IMG/VR virus record: IMGVR_UViG_3300012286_000299
Coordinates: 109,277 to 173,276 of that record
Reading direction: 5' to 3' (one strand)
DNA: 64,000 nt
DNA from: a virus
Lineage: Duplodnaviria > Heunggongvirae > Uroviricota > Caudoviricetes
Made by a program: the position numbers and the translations under genes. Every line of letters begins with the position of its first letter. Positions within the stretch are counted from its first letter, which is position 1. The notes beneath the pieces were generated by a model. It was given only the letters and a program-made list of their open reading frames with translations, was not told where the DNA came from and ran no database searches. Below, piece after piece: positions 48,505 to 57,868 of this stretch.

Positions 48505-48861
48505 ATGATGATATTATTAATAATATTAGGAGTTATATGGATTGCTGGTACAATAGCATCATTTAGTAGTTTTAAATACTATAAATCAACTTACCAAAAA
48601 TTAGTAAATGGTAATGTTGTGTTTAATTATAAATCAAGTGGGTTATATTGGTTTTGTGAACCTTCAAATAAAGATAAATATATAGATGATGTTGTATTTT
48701 TTACACATCTTGATGGGACTATAAGTGATATAAAAGTAGGAGATGGAGAATATATACATGGGGGTGTATTATCATATATGAGCCCTTATTCACTTTACTG
48801 GTTGTTCAAGTATAAAAATTGGTTTAAAGAAAATAAAGCTAAATTTGATTCTATAAAATAA
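48505..48861 (+). CDS. membrane-anchored hypothetical protein
   Basis: N-terminal TM. Confidence 0.45.
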   Translation: MMILLIILGVIWIAGTIASFSSFKYYKSTYQKLVNGNVVFNYKSSGLYWFCEPSNKDKYIDDVVFFTHLDGTISDIKVGDGEYIHGGVLSYMSPYSLYWLFKYKNWFKENKAKFDSIK

Positions 48862-48901
48862 TTTTCGTATATTTAATTATAATTTTAAACAAATAAAGTT
48901 T

Positions 48902-49156
48902 ATGACAACGTACAAACACATTCGTACAGGTAGAGTAATTACCGAATCAGATTACAGAAGATTAAGTTCATACGAACAAAGAGACTATTCATACAATGGA
49001 AGCTCTTCATCAACATCAGACAGTTCAGGAGATTTTTTAACATCAGCAGCTATTGGTTATGCAACTGATAATGCTTTGTTAGGAGGTGCACTTGGAGGAG
49101 ATATGCTTGGAGGTATTGTAGGTGATCTTTTAGATGGTGACGGAGGATTATTCTAA
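48902..49156 (+). CDS. Gly-rich small protein
   Basis: Promoter box at 48864; GGALGGDMLGGIVGD tail. Confidence 0.45.
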   Translation: MTTYKHIRTGRVITESDYRRLSSYEQRDYSYNGSSSSTSDSSGDFLTSAAIGYATDNALLGGALGGDMLGGIVGDLLDGDGGLF

Positions 49157-49443
49157 TGAAAAAAGTACTATTAGCATTACTGTTAGTTATAAGTATAGCT
49201 AGCTGTAATAAGGCTGAAGAAGCAAAAGATACAGGTAATACACAACAAGAACAAGTAGCTTGGGATTTAGACACAACTACATATGATGCTGTTGACGTAG
49301 ATGAAACTTCAGAAGATGAAGTATCTAATGGTCCCACAGAATGGATTTGGGACGGTAGTCAATTCGATACATTATATGTTGGAGCTACTTTAAGAATCTC
49401 AAACATTGATGGAGATAAAGTTTATTTAGTTATGTCAAAATAA
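49156..49443 (+). CDS. lipoprotein
   Basis: LLLVISIASCNK lipobox. Confidence 0.55.
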   Translation: MKKVLLALLLVISIASCNKAEEAKDTGNTQQEQVAWDLDTTTYDAVDVDETSEDEVSNGPTEWIWDGSQFDTLYVGATLRISNIDGDKVYLVMSK

Positions 49444-49567
49444 ATTTGATTATATAAATTTTTCTTCGTATATTAAATCATTAGAAATTTAAAAATTAAG
49501 GTTGATACTACCTTTGCAAAAATAGTATTAGATAAATAAAAACAAGTTATAAATTAAAAACAAAAAA

Positions 49568-50407
49568 ATGAAGAAAATTTTAGGTATTTTAGGAGCGATT
49601 GTATTAATTTTCGCAATGTTTAGTTCATGTGATGTGGTAAATGCCGGTCACGTAGGGGTTAAGGTTGATATGTTTGGTTCCGGTAAAGGAGTACAGAATG
49701 TAACAGCATGTACAGGATGGGTATTTTACAACCCAATCACAACAAAGGTATATGAGTTCCCAACTTATATCCAGCATAAAGAGTATAAGAAAACAGAAGA
49801 TGGAGATAATTCATTTACTGTAAATACTAAAGACGGGTCTGAGTTTAGAGTGTCACCTATACTAAATTATTCAGTTAATCCTGATAAAGCACCTTCAATC
49901 TTTGCTAAATATAGACGTACATTACCTGAATTAGAGGAAGGATTTTTAAAGACTGCTATTTATGATGCATTTAGATTAGCAACAAATAAATATTCAGCTG
50001 AAGAATTAATATCTAATCGAGCTAAATTTGAAGTTGAAGTACGTAAATTATTAGAAGCACAAATTGTTAAAGAAGGATTTATTGTTAATCAATTTACATC
50101 TAATTTAGAATATCCAACATCATTTAAGAATGCTATTAATGCTAAGAATAATGCAGTACAAGCTGCTTTAACAGCTGAGAATCAAGTTAAAACAGCTGAA
50201 GCACAAGCTAAAATTAAAGTAGCACAAGCAGCTGGTAACGCTGAAGCATTACTTACAAATGCACGAGCTGAAGCTGAATCTAATAAATTAAGATTATCAA
50301 CATTGACTCCAATGCTATTACAACAACAATGGATTGAAAAGTGGGATGGTGCATTACCAACTACACAGTTAGCATCAGGTGCTAATACAATGTATGGTTT
50401 GAAGTAA
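49568..50407 (+). CDS. SPFH/band-7 (prohibitin-like) membrane protein
   Basis: N-terminal signal/lipobox (FSSCD); band-7 core; Ala/Glu-rich coiled-coil tail AQAKIKVAQAAGNAEALL. Confidence 0.65.
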   Translation: MKKILGILGAIVLIFAMFSSCDVVNAGHVGVKVDMFGSGKGVQNVTACTGWVFYNPITTKVYEFPTYIQHKEYKKTEDGDNSFTVNTKDGSEFRVSPILNYSVNPDKAPSIFAKYRRTLPELEEGFLKTAIYDAFRLATNKYSAEELISNRAKFEVEVRKLLEAQIVKEGFIVNQFTSNLEYPTSFKNAINAKNNAVQAALTAENQVKTAEAQAKIKVAQAAGNAEALLTNARAEAESNKLRLSTLTPMLLQQQWIEKWDGALPTTQLASGANTMYGLK

Positions 50408-50473
50408 TAAAAATACTCAAAGAGGGGCTTGTTAATACAAGCCTTTCTTTGTATATTAAATCAAATAAAATAT

Positions 50474-50656
50474 ATGCCTCAAAAATATTATCAAGTACTG
50501 TTAAAAACAGGAAAAACACACCCATCACTTTATATTAATCTTCAAACAGCAATTAAAAAAGTAGGAGTAGAAAATATAAAAGAAATCAAAGAAATTAGAG
50601 CAGAATTAGTTAATGCCAAGTACAACGAAATAGTAGGAACAATCAATATAGAATAG
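50474..50656 (+). CDS. small hypothetical protein
   Basis: Promoter variant TTTGTATATTAAA at 50448; start at ATATGCC preferred over the overlapping start at 50429. Confidence 0.4.
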   Translation: MPQKYYQVLLKTGKTHPSLYINLQTAIKKVGVENIKEIKEIRAELVNAKYNEIVGTINIE

Positions 50657-50857
50657 TATGTCTAAAAACTCAGCAAAATCAAATTACGAACAATTAATGG
50701 CATGGTTACCAACATTGAATGCACCAAAATTAAAAGTAGAACAATCTTCTACTAAGTTTTCAAAATCTACATATTACAAAGAAAAAGGTGTAAAGTAATA
50801 TAAAATATTAATATTTATAGGTATAGTGTCGGACCTATAATATAAAATATTAATTTA

Positions 50858-50909
50858 AAGCTTATGGTGAGTAGAGAGTCCGACCTCGAAAACCTAAGCT
50901 TTTATTTTT
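50858..50909 (+). terminator. structured hairpin (aagcttatggt ... acctaagctt) + T-run
   Basis: 10-bp stem with a bulge enclosing a ~27-nt loop, followed by TTATTTTTT; immediately upstream of the HNH gene at 50911. Confidence 0.45.
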
Positions 50910-50910
50910 T

Positions 50911-51546
50911 ATGGAAACCAAGGAATGTAAAGTTTGTAAAAATGAAAAAACATTAAATAATTTTAGTAAAAATCAAAAATCTATTGATGGGTTACATTAT
51001 AAATGTAAGGAATGTGTTAAAGAATATAATAAACATCATTACCAAAATAATGAGGAATCTATTAAAAATTATCACCAAAAATGGAGAGAAGATAATTTTA
51101 GTTATTTTAAAGATTACTATCAAAATAATGAGGAATACCTTAAAGGTAAAAATAAAGATTGGAGAGAAAATAATAAGGAAATGTTTAAAAATTATCAAAA
51201 AAACTATTCTAAATATAGGTTACAAAATGATCCTGTTTTTAAATTCAAATTTAATGTTAGAAATTTAATCAAGGGGTCTTTTAAAAGAGCTTGTAATGGT
51301 TTATTTCCTAAAACAGCAAAATCTATAGATATATTAGGATGTAATTTTGAATATTTTATTCAACATATACAATCTCAATTTACAGAAGGTATGACTTTAG
51401 AAAATTATGGTAAATGGCATTTAGACCATATTATACCCATATCAAAAGCACAAACCGAGGAAGATATTATAAAATTAAATCATTATACTAATTTTCAACC
51501 CTTATGGGCTATTGATAATTTAAAAAAAGGAAATAAAATTAAATAA
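50911..51546 (+). CDS. HNH endonuclease (paralog of 13540-14085)
   Basis: CKVCKNE...CKEC zinc knuckle; GKWHLDHIIPISK...N...N HNH motif. Confidence 0.75.
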   Translation: METKECKVCKNEKTLNNFSKNQKSIDGLHYKCKECVKEYNKHHYQNNEESIKNYHQKWREDNFSYFKDYYQNNEEYLKGKNKDWRENNKEMFKNYQKNYSKYRLQNDPVFKFKFNVRNLIKGSFKRACNGLFPKTAKSIDILGCNFEYFIQHIQSQFTEGMTLENYGKWHLDHIIPISKAQTEEDIIKLNHYTNFQPLWAIDNLKKGNKIK

Positions 51547-51553
51547 ACAACTA

Positions 51554-51730
51554 ATGACTGAAAGAAAACAAATTATTCAGCAAGTAAAAGAGTTAGGTAT
51601 CAAAACTGATAAACCTGCTCATATGTGCACTACATCTTATCTTAAAGGGTTATTACCTAAAGAAGAAGTTAAACAAGAAGAAGTTAAAATTGGGTTTTTT
51701 AAGAAGGTTTTAAGAGGATTAGGCTTTTAA
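51554..51730 (+). CDS. small protein sharing the N-terminal domain of ORF 59038
   Basis: QVKELGIKTDKPAHMCTTSYL vs EVKKLGLTTEKPAHQCKTDYL. Confidence 0.4.
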   Translation: MTERKQIIQQVKELGIKTDKPAHMCTTSYLKGLLPKEEVKQEEVKIGFFKKVLRGLGF

Positions 51731-51777
51731 AGCCTTTCTTCGTATATTAAAGCATTATTAATTTAAAAATAAAGGTT

Positions 51778-52575
51778 ATGAGTTTAAAAGCATTATCAAA
51801 AGGGGAATTAGCAGCATTAGCTCCTCAAACATTCAATCATGAAATCGGTTCTAATTTAACTGATAAGTATGTTCATATTCCAACTGATACCATAGTTGAT
51901 GATATGGAAGCGTTAGGTTGGTTTCCGTATGATGTAAAAACAGTTAGAGCAAGAAAGAAAAATGCTCAAACTGCTAAACATTTAATTCAGTTTTTTAACC
52001 CAAATATTGTTATTAATAACGAAGAAGGTGAAGCTGATATGCACCCAACACTATTACTTATCAATTCACATGATGGCTCTACAGCGGTTAGATTTGAAAT
52101 GGGTGTGTTTAGAATGATTTGTGAAAATGGTTTAGTAATCAAATCACAGGATTTCGGTGGATTCAGAATGAGACACATGGGTTATACCTTTGAAGATTTA
52201 CGTCAGTACATTAATCAATTGGTTGAAACACTACCAACTGTAGTTGCTAACCTGAATAAGTTTTCACAAGTATTAATGACACCTGAGCAACAACACGATT
52301 TCGCTGTTAAAGCAGTTGCAGCTCGTTTTGGTGAAGATAAACAATTGTCAGATGAGGCTATTAAAGATTTATTATTAGCAGAACGTAAAGAGGATATTGG
52401 TGATAATGTTTGGGTTGTATTAAATCGTGTTCAAGAAAAATTAACAAGTGGTGGTTTTAGTTACTTGGGTGTTAAAGGTAAACCAAGAAAAGCACGAGCT
52501 GTTAAAAATTTCACACAGGATGTTGAAATGAACTCCAAATTGTGGGAATTAGCTGAAACATATTTAATTAACTAA
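51778..52575 (+). CDS. hypothetical protein (265 aa)
   Basis: Promoter box at 51739; ORF followed by a GC-rich terminator hairpin. Confidence 0.55.
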   Translation: MSLKALSKGELAALAPQTFNHEIGSNLTDKYVHIPTDTIVDDMEALGWFPYDVKTVRARKKNAQTAKHLIQFFNPNIVINNEEGEADMHPTLLLINSHDGSTAVRFEMGVFRMICENGLVIKSQDFGGFRMRHMGYTFEDLRQYINQLVETLPTVVANLNKFSQVLMTPEQQHDFAVKAVAARFGEDKQLSDEAIKDLLLAERKEDIGDNVWVVLNRVQEKLTSGGFSYLGVKGKPRKARAVKNFTQDVEMNSKLWELAETYLIN

Positions 52576-52581
52576 TAATAA

Positions 52582-52624
52582 AGGGCCTGGAATAGGGCCC
52601 TTTAAATTTTCTTCGTATATTTAA
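52582..52624 (+). promoter_or_regulatory. terminator hairpin (gggcc-tggaata-gggccc) fused to promoter box TTCGTATATTTAA
   Basis: Same terminator-promoter module as at 41663, 51721 and 62325. Confidence 0.5.
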
Positions 52625-52637
52625 TAAAATAAAGGTT

Positions 52638-53075
52638 ATGACAAGAATTAATGCATTCATACCAGTTGAGGATTTATCAAACAAACATTTGATAGCTGAA
52701 CACAGAGAGATAAAACGTATACCTAATCACGTAGCTAAACATTTTAGTAAAATGTCTCTATCAAAAATACCTAAACAATTTACGCTTAATACTGGTCACG
52801 TTACTTTCTTCTTTGATAAAGGGCAATTTACCTATGAAAGGTATAAGCAGCTTTATGAAGAGTGTAAAAAAAGAGGGTTCAATATCACTTATTATGGACA
52901 TGCTTGGGATGTTTATAAAGATAAACCTGATGTTTGGAATAAAGATTTAAACGTAACATCACAAGAAAAAATACGCATACAAACCCTAATTAAAGATAGA
53001 ATTAGGAGTAATGAAAAAATAGCCCTTGAAAAAAAGTTAGCAAAAAAGTTAAGTAAATCTATTTTGGATTTATAA
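52638..53075 (+). CDS. denV: pyrimidine dimer DNA glycosylase/AP lyase (T4 endonuclease V family)
   Basis: Collinear with T4 endoV: [28 protein letters not shown] vs [41 protein letters not shown]...[11 protein letters not shown] vs GAGHVTFFYDKLEF...IAECLKRGFNI. Confidence 0.85.
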   Translation: [145 protein letters not shown]

Positions 53076-53116
53076 AATAATCTTCGTATATTTAATTATA
53101 ATTAAAAATAAAGGTT

Positions 53117-53350
53117 ATGACATCACAAATGAATGAATACCATACTACTTTAAATAAGGTAGAAGAAATTATCACAATGTTAAGAAGTTTAACTCATAAA
53201 GGTGATTGTGTTGATGGAGAGACAATGCAATACATACTTGAACAGGTAGGTATGCAAGACCAAATGTTAAGACAACTAATGATGTCTATGCCTTATGATG
53301 AGGTTGAGTACATAATGGAAGAAAGAGCAATCTTTGAAAACAATAAGTAA
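53117..53350 (+). CDS. small hypothetical protein
   Basis: Promoter box at 53083. Confidence 0.45.
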   Translation: MTSQMNEYHTTLNKVEEIITMLRSLTHKGDCVDGETMQYILEQVGMQDQMLRQLMMSMPYDEVEYIMEERAIFENNK

Positions 53351-53625
53351 TGATAGTAGAACTATACACAATAGCATTTCCACATAATGGGGAAATAGTG
53401 TCTGAATTACACACATTCGATTCAGAAGATGAAAGTGATTTATTTGCTGTAATAGAGTATTTGGAAGAAGATGGAATTGATAGAGATGAAATGTCTCAAG
53501 ATGAATTTGAAACTGCTTGTAGAAAATGGTTATTTGAAGATGAAGTAGCATCTTGGGGACAAGCATTTGTTAATTGCATAGTTGTAACTAAAGAACAGTT
53601 AAAAAGAATTAAAAATATACAATAA
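53350..53625 (+). CDS. acidic hypothetical protein
   Basis: ATGA overlap. Confidence 0.45.
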   Translation: MIVELYTIAFPHNGEIVSELHTFDSEDESDLFAVIEYLEEDGIDRDEMSQDEFETACRKWLFEDEVASWGQAFVNCIVVTKEQLKRIKNIQ

Positions 53626-53628
53626 GCT

Positions 53629-53991
53629 ATGGATAATAATTGGAAACCCGGAGACATTGGTATTTGTATCAATACAGGAAAACTACCTCATCAAAAAAAT
53701 GGTACAAACTTACCACCATTAAGACTTAAGGCAGAATATCTAGTTCAAAATGTTTCAAATTGTGGATGTGGTCTAATAGTGTTAGATGTAGGTTTTGGCT
53801 TAACTGACGGCAAAGGTGTAAATTGTAGTTGTGGAGCAACTACATCACCAGCAACCGGAATTAGATGGATAGCAGCTGAAAGATTAGTTAAGAAACAAAC
53901 TAAAAGTGAAATTGAATCGCAAATTGAAGAAGCAGTTGCTAATGAAAATTATGAGTTAGCTCCGGAATTAACAAAAAAATTAGAACAATAA
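53629..53991 (+). CDS. hypothetical protein
   Basis: ORF. Confidence 0.45.
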   Translation: MDNNWKPGDIGICINTGKLPHQKNGTNLPPLRLKAEYLVQNVSNCGCGLIVLDVGFGLTDGKGVNCSCGATTSPATGIRWIAAERLVKKQTKSEIESQIEEAVANENYELAPELTKKLEQ

Positions 53992-53997
53992 AAGGTT

Positions 53998-54396
53998 ATG
54001 AAAAGAGTAATAGTTAAGTACAAAGATAGTGAACAAACACTAATTTATCACATTGTTAGTTTTAAAAACGACAAACGTCAAATTCTAGTTGAGGATGTAA
54101 AAGAATTCTTAGCAAACCCAAGAGTAGAATCATACGAAATCATAGACATGTCAGGGCGATCATCGAATTCTGATGGTGAAGGTAAAGTATACGAATCGAA
54201 GTACGAACGGGAAAATAATAACTTACCTAAAATAATCGCTAATGAGGTAATACAAGTTGCTACATCATTAAAAGGTTGTACTAAGGAAACCATTGATAAA
54301 TGGAACCAACATCTTGATTTTGACTTACATGAAAAGTTAAATGGTGAATACGGTTTTACAGGCGCCAAAAGATTATATAATATCTTTGGATTGTAA
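53998..54396 (+). CDS. hypothetical protein
   Basis: ORF. Confidence 0.45.
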   Translation: MKRVIVKYKDSEQTLIYHIVSFKNDKRQILVEDVKEFLANPRVESYEIIDMSGRSSNSDGEGKVYESKYERENNNLPKIIANEVIQVATSLKGCTKETIDKWNQHLDFDLHEKLNGEYGFTGAKRLYNIFGL

Positions 54397-54729
54397 AATA
54401 TAACTTCGTATATTAAAGCATAATTAAAATATAAATTATGAAAGATTTTGCAGATTGCGGGTTTTATTTTGCAATGGGATGTTGTCTCTTTGCTTGTGGT
54501 GTAATGGTGAGTGCACTAATTTTTAGAATGTTTAAAGATTTATTTAGATAATTATGAGTTTAGTAAGTAATTGTTGTGGTGCGTATTCAGAATATGCTGA
54601 GGACATAGACATTTGTCCTGATTGTCTTGAACATTGTGAATTCGAAGATGATGAAGAAGATGAAGATTAAATAAATTTGTTTTATTAAAATTTACTTAGT
54701 ATATTAAATCATAATTAAAATAATAAGTT

Positions 54730-54933
54730 ATGTTTAAAACGGAAAAAGCAAGAGATTTATTTAGTCAATTATTGGATGTTAATTGGAAAATTGACAATAA
54801 AGAATATCGTTCACCTGAAGAACGAATTGAATTGAATGCCCAATACCGTAAGTTATATGATGAACTTATGTTAGAGATGGGTACAGAAGAGTTCACCAAA
54901 TTCATGGAAATGGGTCACAAATTGTTTAATTAA
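54730..54933 (+). CDS. small hypothetical protein
   Basis: Promoter variant TTAGTATATTAAA at 54696. Confidence 0.4.
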   Translation: MFKTEKARDLFSQLLDVNWKIDNKEYRSPEERIELNAQYRKLYDELMLEMGTEEFTKFMEMGHKLFN

Positions 54934-54943
54934 AATAAAGGTT

Positions 54944-55132
54944 ATGATATTACAGGTAATTAACACCAAAAAGGAAAAACACAATCAAATTCGTACAACT
55001 AAGGAAACTTTATTTCAAGACCTTAAAACTCAAGGTTGGGCAGTCCAAGATTGTAAAGTAACAGAACTAAATGAGGCTTTAGTAAACACTGTATATCGTG
55101 GTACTGATGGTAAAAATTCATTAAAACGTTAA
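54944..55132 (+). CDS. small hypothetical protein
   Basis: AAAGGTTATG context. Confidence 0.4.
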   Translation: MILQVINTKKEKHNQIRTTKETLFQDLKTQGWAVQDCKVTELNEALVNTVYRGTDGKNSLKR

Positions 55133-55297
55133 AATATGGTAGTATTATTAGCACAACTTGTATTAATGGGTATAAATTTATATCTAGCAAAAGTACAAAC
55201 AGAACAGGGTAGAAATCCAGCAATACAATATTTTGTTGCAGGAATGTGTTTTATGGGTGCAATTGATGCACTTATTAAATTACTTTAGTAAGGCAAT

Positions 55298-55366
55298 AGT
55301 CAGGTAGTGTAATGGTAGCACCCGGAGGTCACACTTCTAGAACAGGTTCGAATCCTGTCCTGACTA
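55298..55366 (+). tRNA. tRNA-like element (69 nt), non-canonical: acceptor AGTCAGG/CCTGACT, D-arm GTGT-AATGGTA-GCAC, T-arm ACAGG-TTCGAAT-CCTGT; possible 4-bp anticodon stem with loop GUCACAC (anticodon CAC?)
   Basis: Perfect 7-bp acceptor stem and canonical T-loop GTTCGAATC, but no canonical 5-bp anticodon stem; a 2-nt D/anticodon spacer and a 3-nt variable loop are required. Confidence 0.4.
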
Positions 55367-55482
55367 CAAAGTAATGCCTGGCGAAGTTGTCAAAACCGGG
55401 ATGAAGCAGAATTGTAAATAAAACACGCGAGTGTATAATGACAGATGGGATACACAAAAGTTACAATTAGAATTACTTAAAC

Positions 55483-55582
55483 AGTCAGGTGGCACTGAAG
55501 GTAGAGTGCTCCATAAAATAAGCAATAAGTGGTAATATGGTACCAATACTTATAGCCTTAGGTTCGAATCCTGTCCTGACTA
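55483..55582 (+). tRNA. second tRNA-like element (100 nt) with the same acceptor stem and T-arm, a D-arm (GCAC-TGAAGGTAGA-GTGC) and a ~50-nt insert forming a long hairpin
   Basis: 5' end and the last 24 nt match element 1 exactly apart from one base in the T-stem; the central region does not fold into a standard anticodon arm. Confidence 0.35.
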
Positions 55583-55932
55583 CTATAACAATATAAGTGT
55601 TTCATAACCACTTATTATTTTTAATTATGCCCGTAATTAGCCCCGAAAGGGGCTATTACTTTATTTGGAGGGTATAAATTAAATTCGTATATTTATTACA
55701 AATAAAATAAAATGAAAGTAGTACAATTCACATTACAGGAAAGATGGGCTGCATCAAAGCACATGGTTCAAAAGAACAAGAAAAAATACAATAGGGAAAA
55801 AGATAAAAGAGAAAATAGGGAGGCTGGTAAGTCTCCTTACTTCATTTAATATATTTATAAGGGTCCTTATTTAGTTTCTTTGAGTGTTTAAAACTAATTC
55901 GTATATTAAAGTATAATTAAAAAATAAAGGTT

Positions 55933-56202
55933 ATGAATAAAATTGAAATAGAAGGTAAAGTTTATGAGCAAATTGAACAAAAATCTTCTAATAATGGGGT
56001 AAGTAAAAAAATGCTAGGAATGTTAGCTATGGCACAAGCTATGTATAACTTATCTTTTGGTGGTTCCAATTATAGCCGACAAAGACCCTCTGTAAATATA
56101 GTTGAAGAGTTCCGACTAATACAACAAAAGAAAAGTAAATTAAATCGTTCTGATAGGGACTGGGTTATATATCAATTTAATAGAAATTTTAAAGAAGTAT
56201 AA
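55933..56202 (+). CDS. small hypothetical protein
   Basis: Promoter box at 55898. Confidence 0.45.
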   Translation: MNKIEIEGKVYEQIEQKSSNNGVSKKMLGMLAMAQAMYNLSFGGSNYSRQRPSVNIVEEFRLIQQKKSKLNRSDRDWVIYQFNRNFKEV

Positions 56203-56206
56203 GGTT

Positions 56207-56524
56207 ATGAATTTAGATTTTGACTTAATTAGAAGTGAGGTATTAGTAGCACGTAAGGAAGATAGTCCTAACGATTGCCCTTCCACAAATGTTGAAGAAC
56301 TTTCTGAAAATATAAAATATTTACTTGAAGAGCTTCCTATAATGAATTTATCTAATATTGAAGACCTCGATGAGGATGAATTCAGTTTATTTGATGATTA
56401 CTTTGAGGATGAACAATTCTGGATATTGATTTGGAAAGGCAGAACATTCTTTGTAGATACTCAAGGGTATTCCTATGCAAGATATTGTGGTGAATTAATT
56501 AATTATAATGAAGTTGAGGGTTAA
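56207..56524 (+). CDS. acidic hypothetical protein
   Basis: AAGGTTATG context. Confidence 0.45.
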   Translation: MNLDFDLIRSEVLVARKEDSPNDCPSTNVEELSENIKYLLEELPIMNLSNIEDLDEDEFSLFDDYFEDEQFWILIWKGRTFFVDTQGYSYARYCGELINYNEVEG

Positions 56525-56566
56525 AATTAACTTAGTATATTAAAGTATATTAATAATTAAAAAGTT

Positions 56567-56761
56567 ATGGCAAGTAAGATATTAATGTATAATGATGTAA
56601 CCGGGGAAGTAGTAGCTACTACTGCTAGTCTTGAAGGGCATAAGTTTGCAAACTTCATTGAAAAAGGATTTAAACCTATTTGTATAGCTTACCCTGTAAG
56701 TTACTCAGTAGCTGTAGAATCCTATACTGAAGAAAAACATGTAAGGTTAACTAAAAAATAA
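56567..56761 (+). CDS. small hypothetical protein
   Basis: Promoter variant at 56532. Confidence 0.4.
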   Translation: MASKILMYNDVTGEVVATTASLEGHKFANFIEKGFKPICIAYPVSYSVAVESYTEEKHVRLTKK

Positions 56762-57136
56762 GATTATGACACAATTTGAAAAAAATTCTTTATCAATAGC
56801 AAAAGAACTAATTGAATTAAAATTTAAGGTTCAAGTTATTGCAATAGATTTTGAAGATGGTTCGGGAAGAAATTTTATTGTAACTACAAAGGATAATCCT
56901 TTAAAGAAAAGATTTGTTAAATTTTAAATAAGGTTATGACACAGTTTGAAGAAAACAACCCTAAGGAATTAAAGAAATTTATTTCCGAGTTAGACAATCT
57001 TATAGATGAATTTCACCCTAACATATATCTAATTGATGATGTGTTTAAAGGGGTAGAAATTATAAGAAACGCTATTAAGGAAGTGATTGCTGAGAAATAA
57101 CTTCGTATATTTAAGCATAATTAAAATAATAAAGTT

Positions 57137-57382
57137 ATGGCAAGAGGAGAAGGAACAATTACCTATGATGGTGTAGAAATTGATATTGAATTCCAATATG
57201 AACCTTTAGTAAGAGGTAGAATGTGGATGGACAATGGTGACCCAGGTTACCCTGATGAAGGAGGTGAATTCTATATTGAAAAAGCATTCATTGGAGGGCA
57301 AGATGTAACTGATTTACTTGGTGAAGACAAGCTAGAATCAATAGCTGAAGCCTATCAAGAAAAACATGGTGGGGAATATTAA
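57137..57382 (+). CDS. small hypothetical protein
   Basis: Promoter box at 57102. Confidence 0.45.
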   Translation: MARGEGTITYDGVEIDIEFQYEPLVRGRMWMDNGDPGYPDEGGEFYIEKAFIGGQDVTDLLGEDKLESIAEAYQEKHGGEY

Positions 57383-57446
57383 TTCCCTGTCGTGTTTATT
57401 ATAAATTTACCTCGTATATTAAAGCATAATTAAAATAAGAAAAGTT

Positions 57447-57842
57447 ATGAGTGCTGAATCAATTAAAATTGCATTTATTAAATTAAATGCTGCTGATAAA
57501 ATTAAAGTAAGGGCTTATATAAAATCCCTTAGTGAATCTTATAAGAAACCACCCTTAAAAGTTAAGGAATATAAAGTTAATACTATAACGGGTGCACTCA
57601 AACATACCCTATCCTCAATGGGGTGTGATATTGAAAATAAATATACATTTTCAGATAATCGTACCATTGGAATCAGTGTTAAAATATGTAACTTAAAACT
57701 TACAAAATCCCAGGAACAAGAAGTGAAATCTAAAATGGAAAACTTGGGGTACACTTACCACAGTATAAAAAGACCTTCACATAATCATGGTTCACCATAT
57801 TATAGAGATACTTTTAAGGGTACAAGATTTCATTTTTCTTAA
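57447..57842 (+). CDS. hypothetical protein
   Basis: Promoter variant CTCGTATATTAAA at 57411. Confidence 0.45.
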   Translation: MSAESIKIAFIKLNAADKIKVRAYIKSLSESYKKPPLKVKEYKVNTITGALKHTLSSMGCDIENKYTFSDNRTIGISVKICNLKLTKSQEQEVKSKMENLGYTYHSIKRPSHNHGSPYYRDTFKGTRFHFS

Positions 57843-57868
57843 AATAGTTAAGGTATAGTGAGGTATAA

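Noticed and set aside
50984-51268. Alternate-frame ORFs (+94 aa and -68 aa) full of Ile/Lys/Phe
   Set aside because: Lie inside the HNH endonuclease gene 50911-51546, whose frame has zinc-knuckle and HNH motifs; these are AT-rich frame artefacts.
55298-55582. Canonical tRNA genes
   Set aside because: Acceptor, D and T arms are convincing, but neither element forms a standard 5-bp anticodon stem with a 7-nt loop. They are reported as tRNA-like rather than assigned an isotype.
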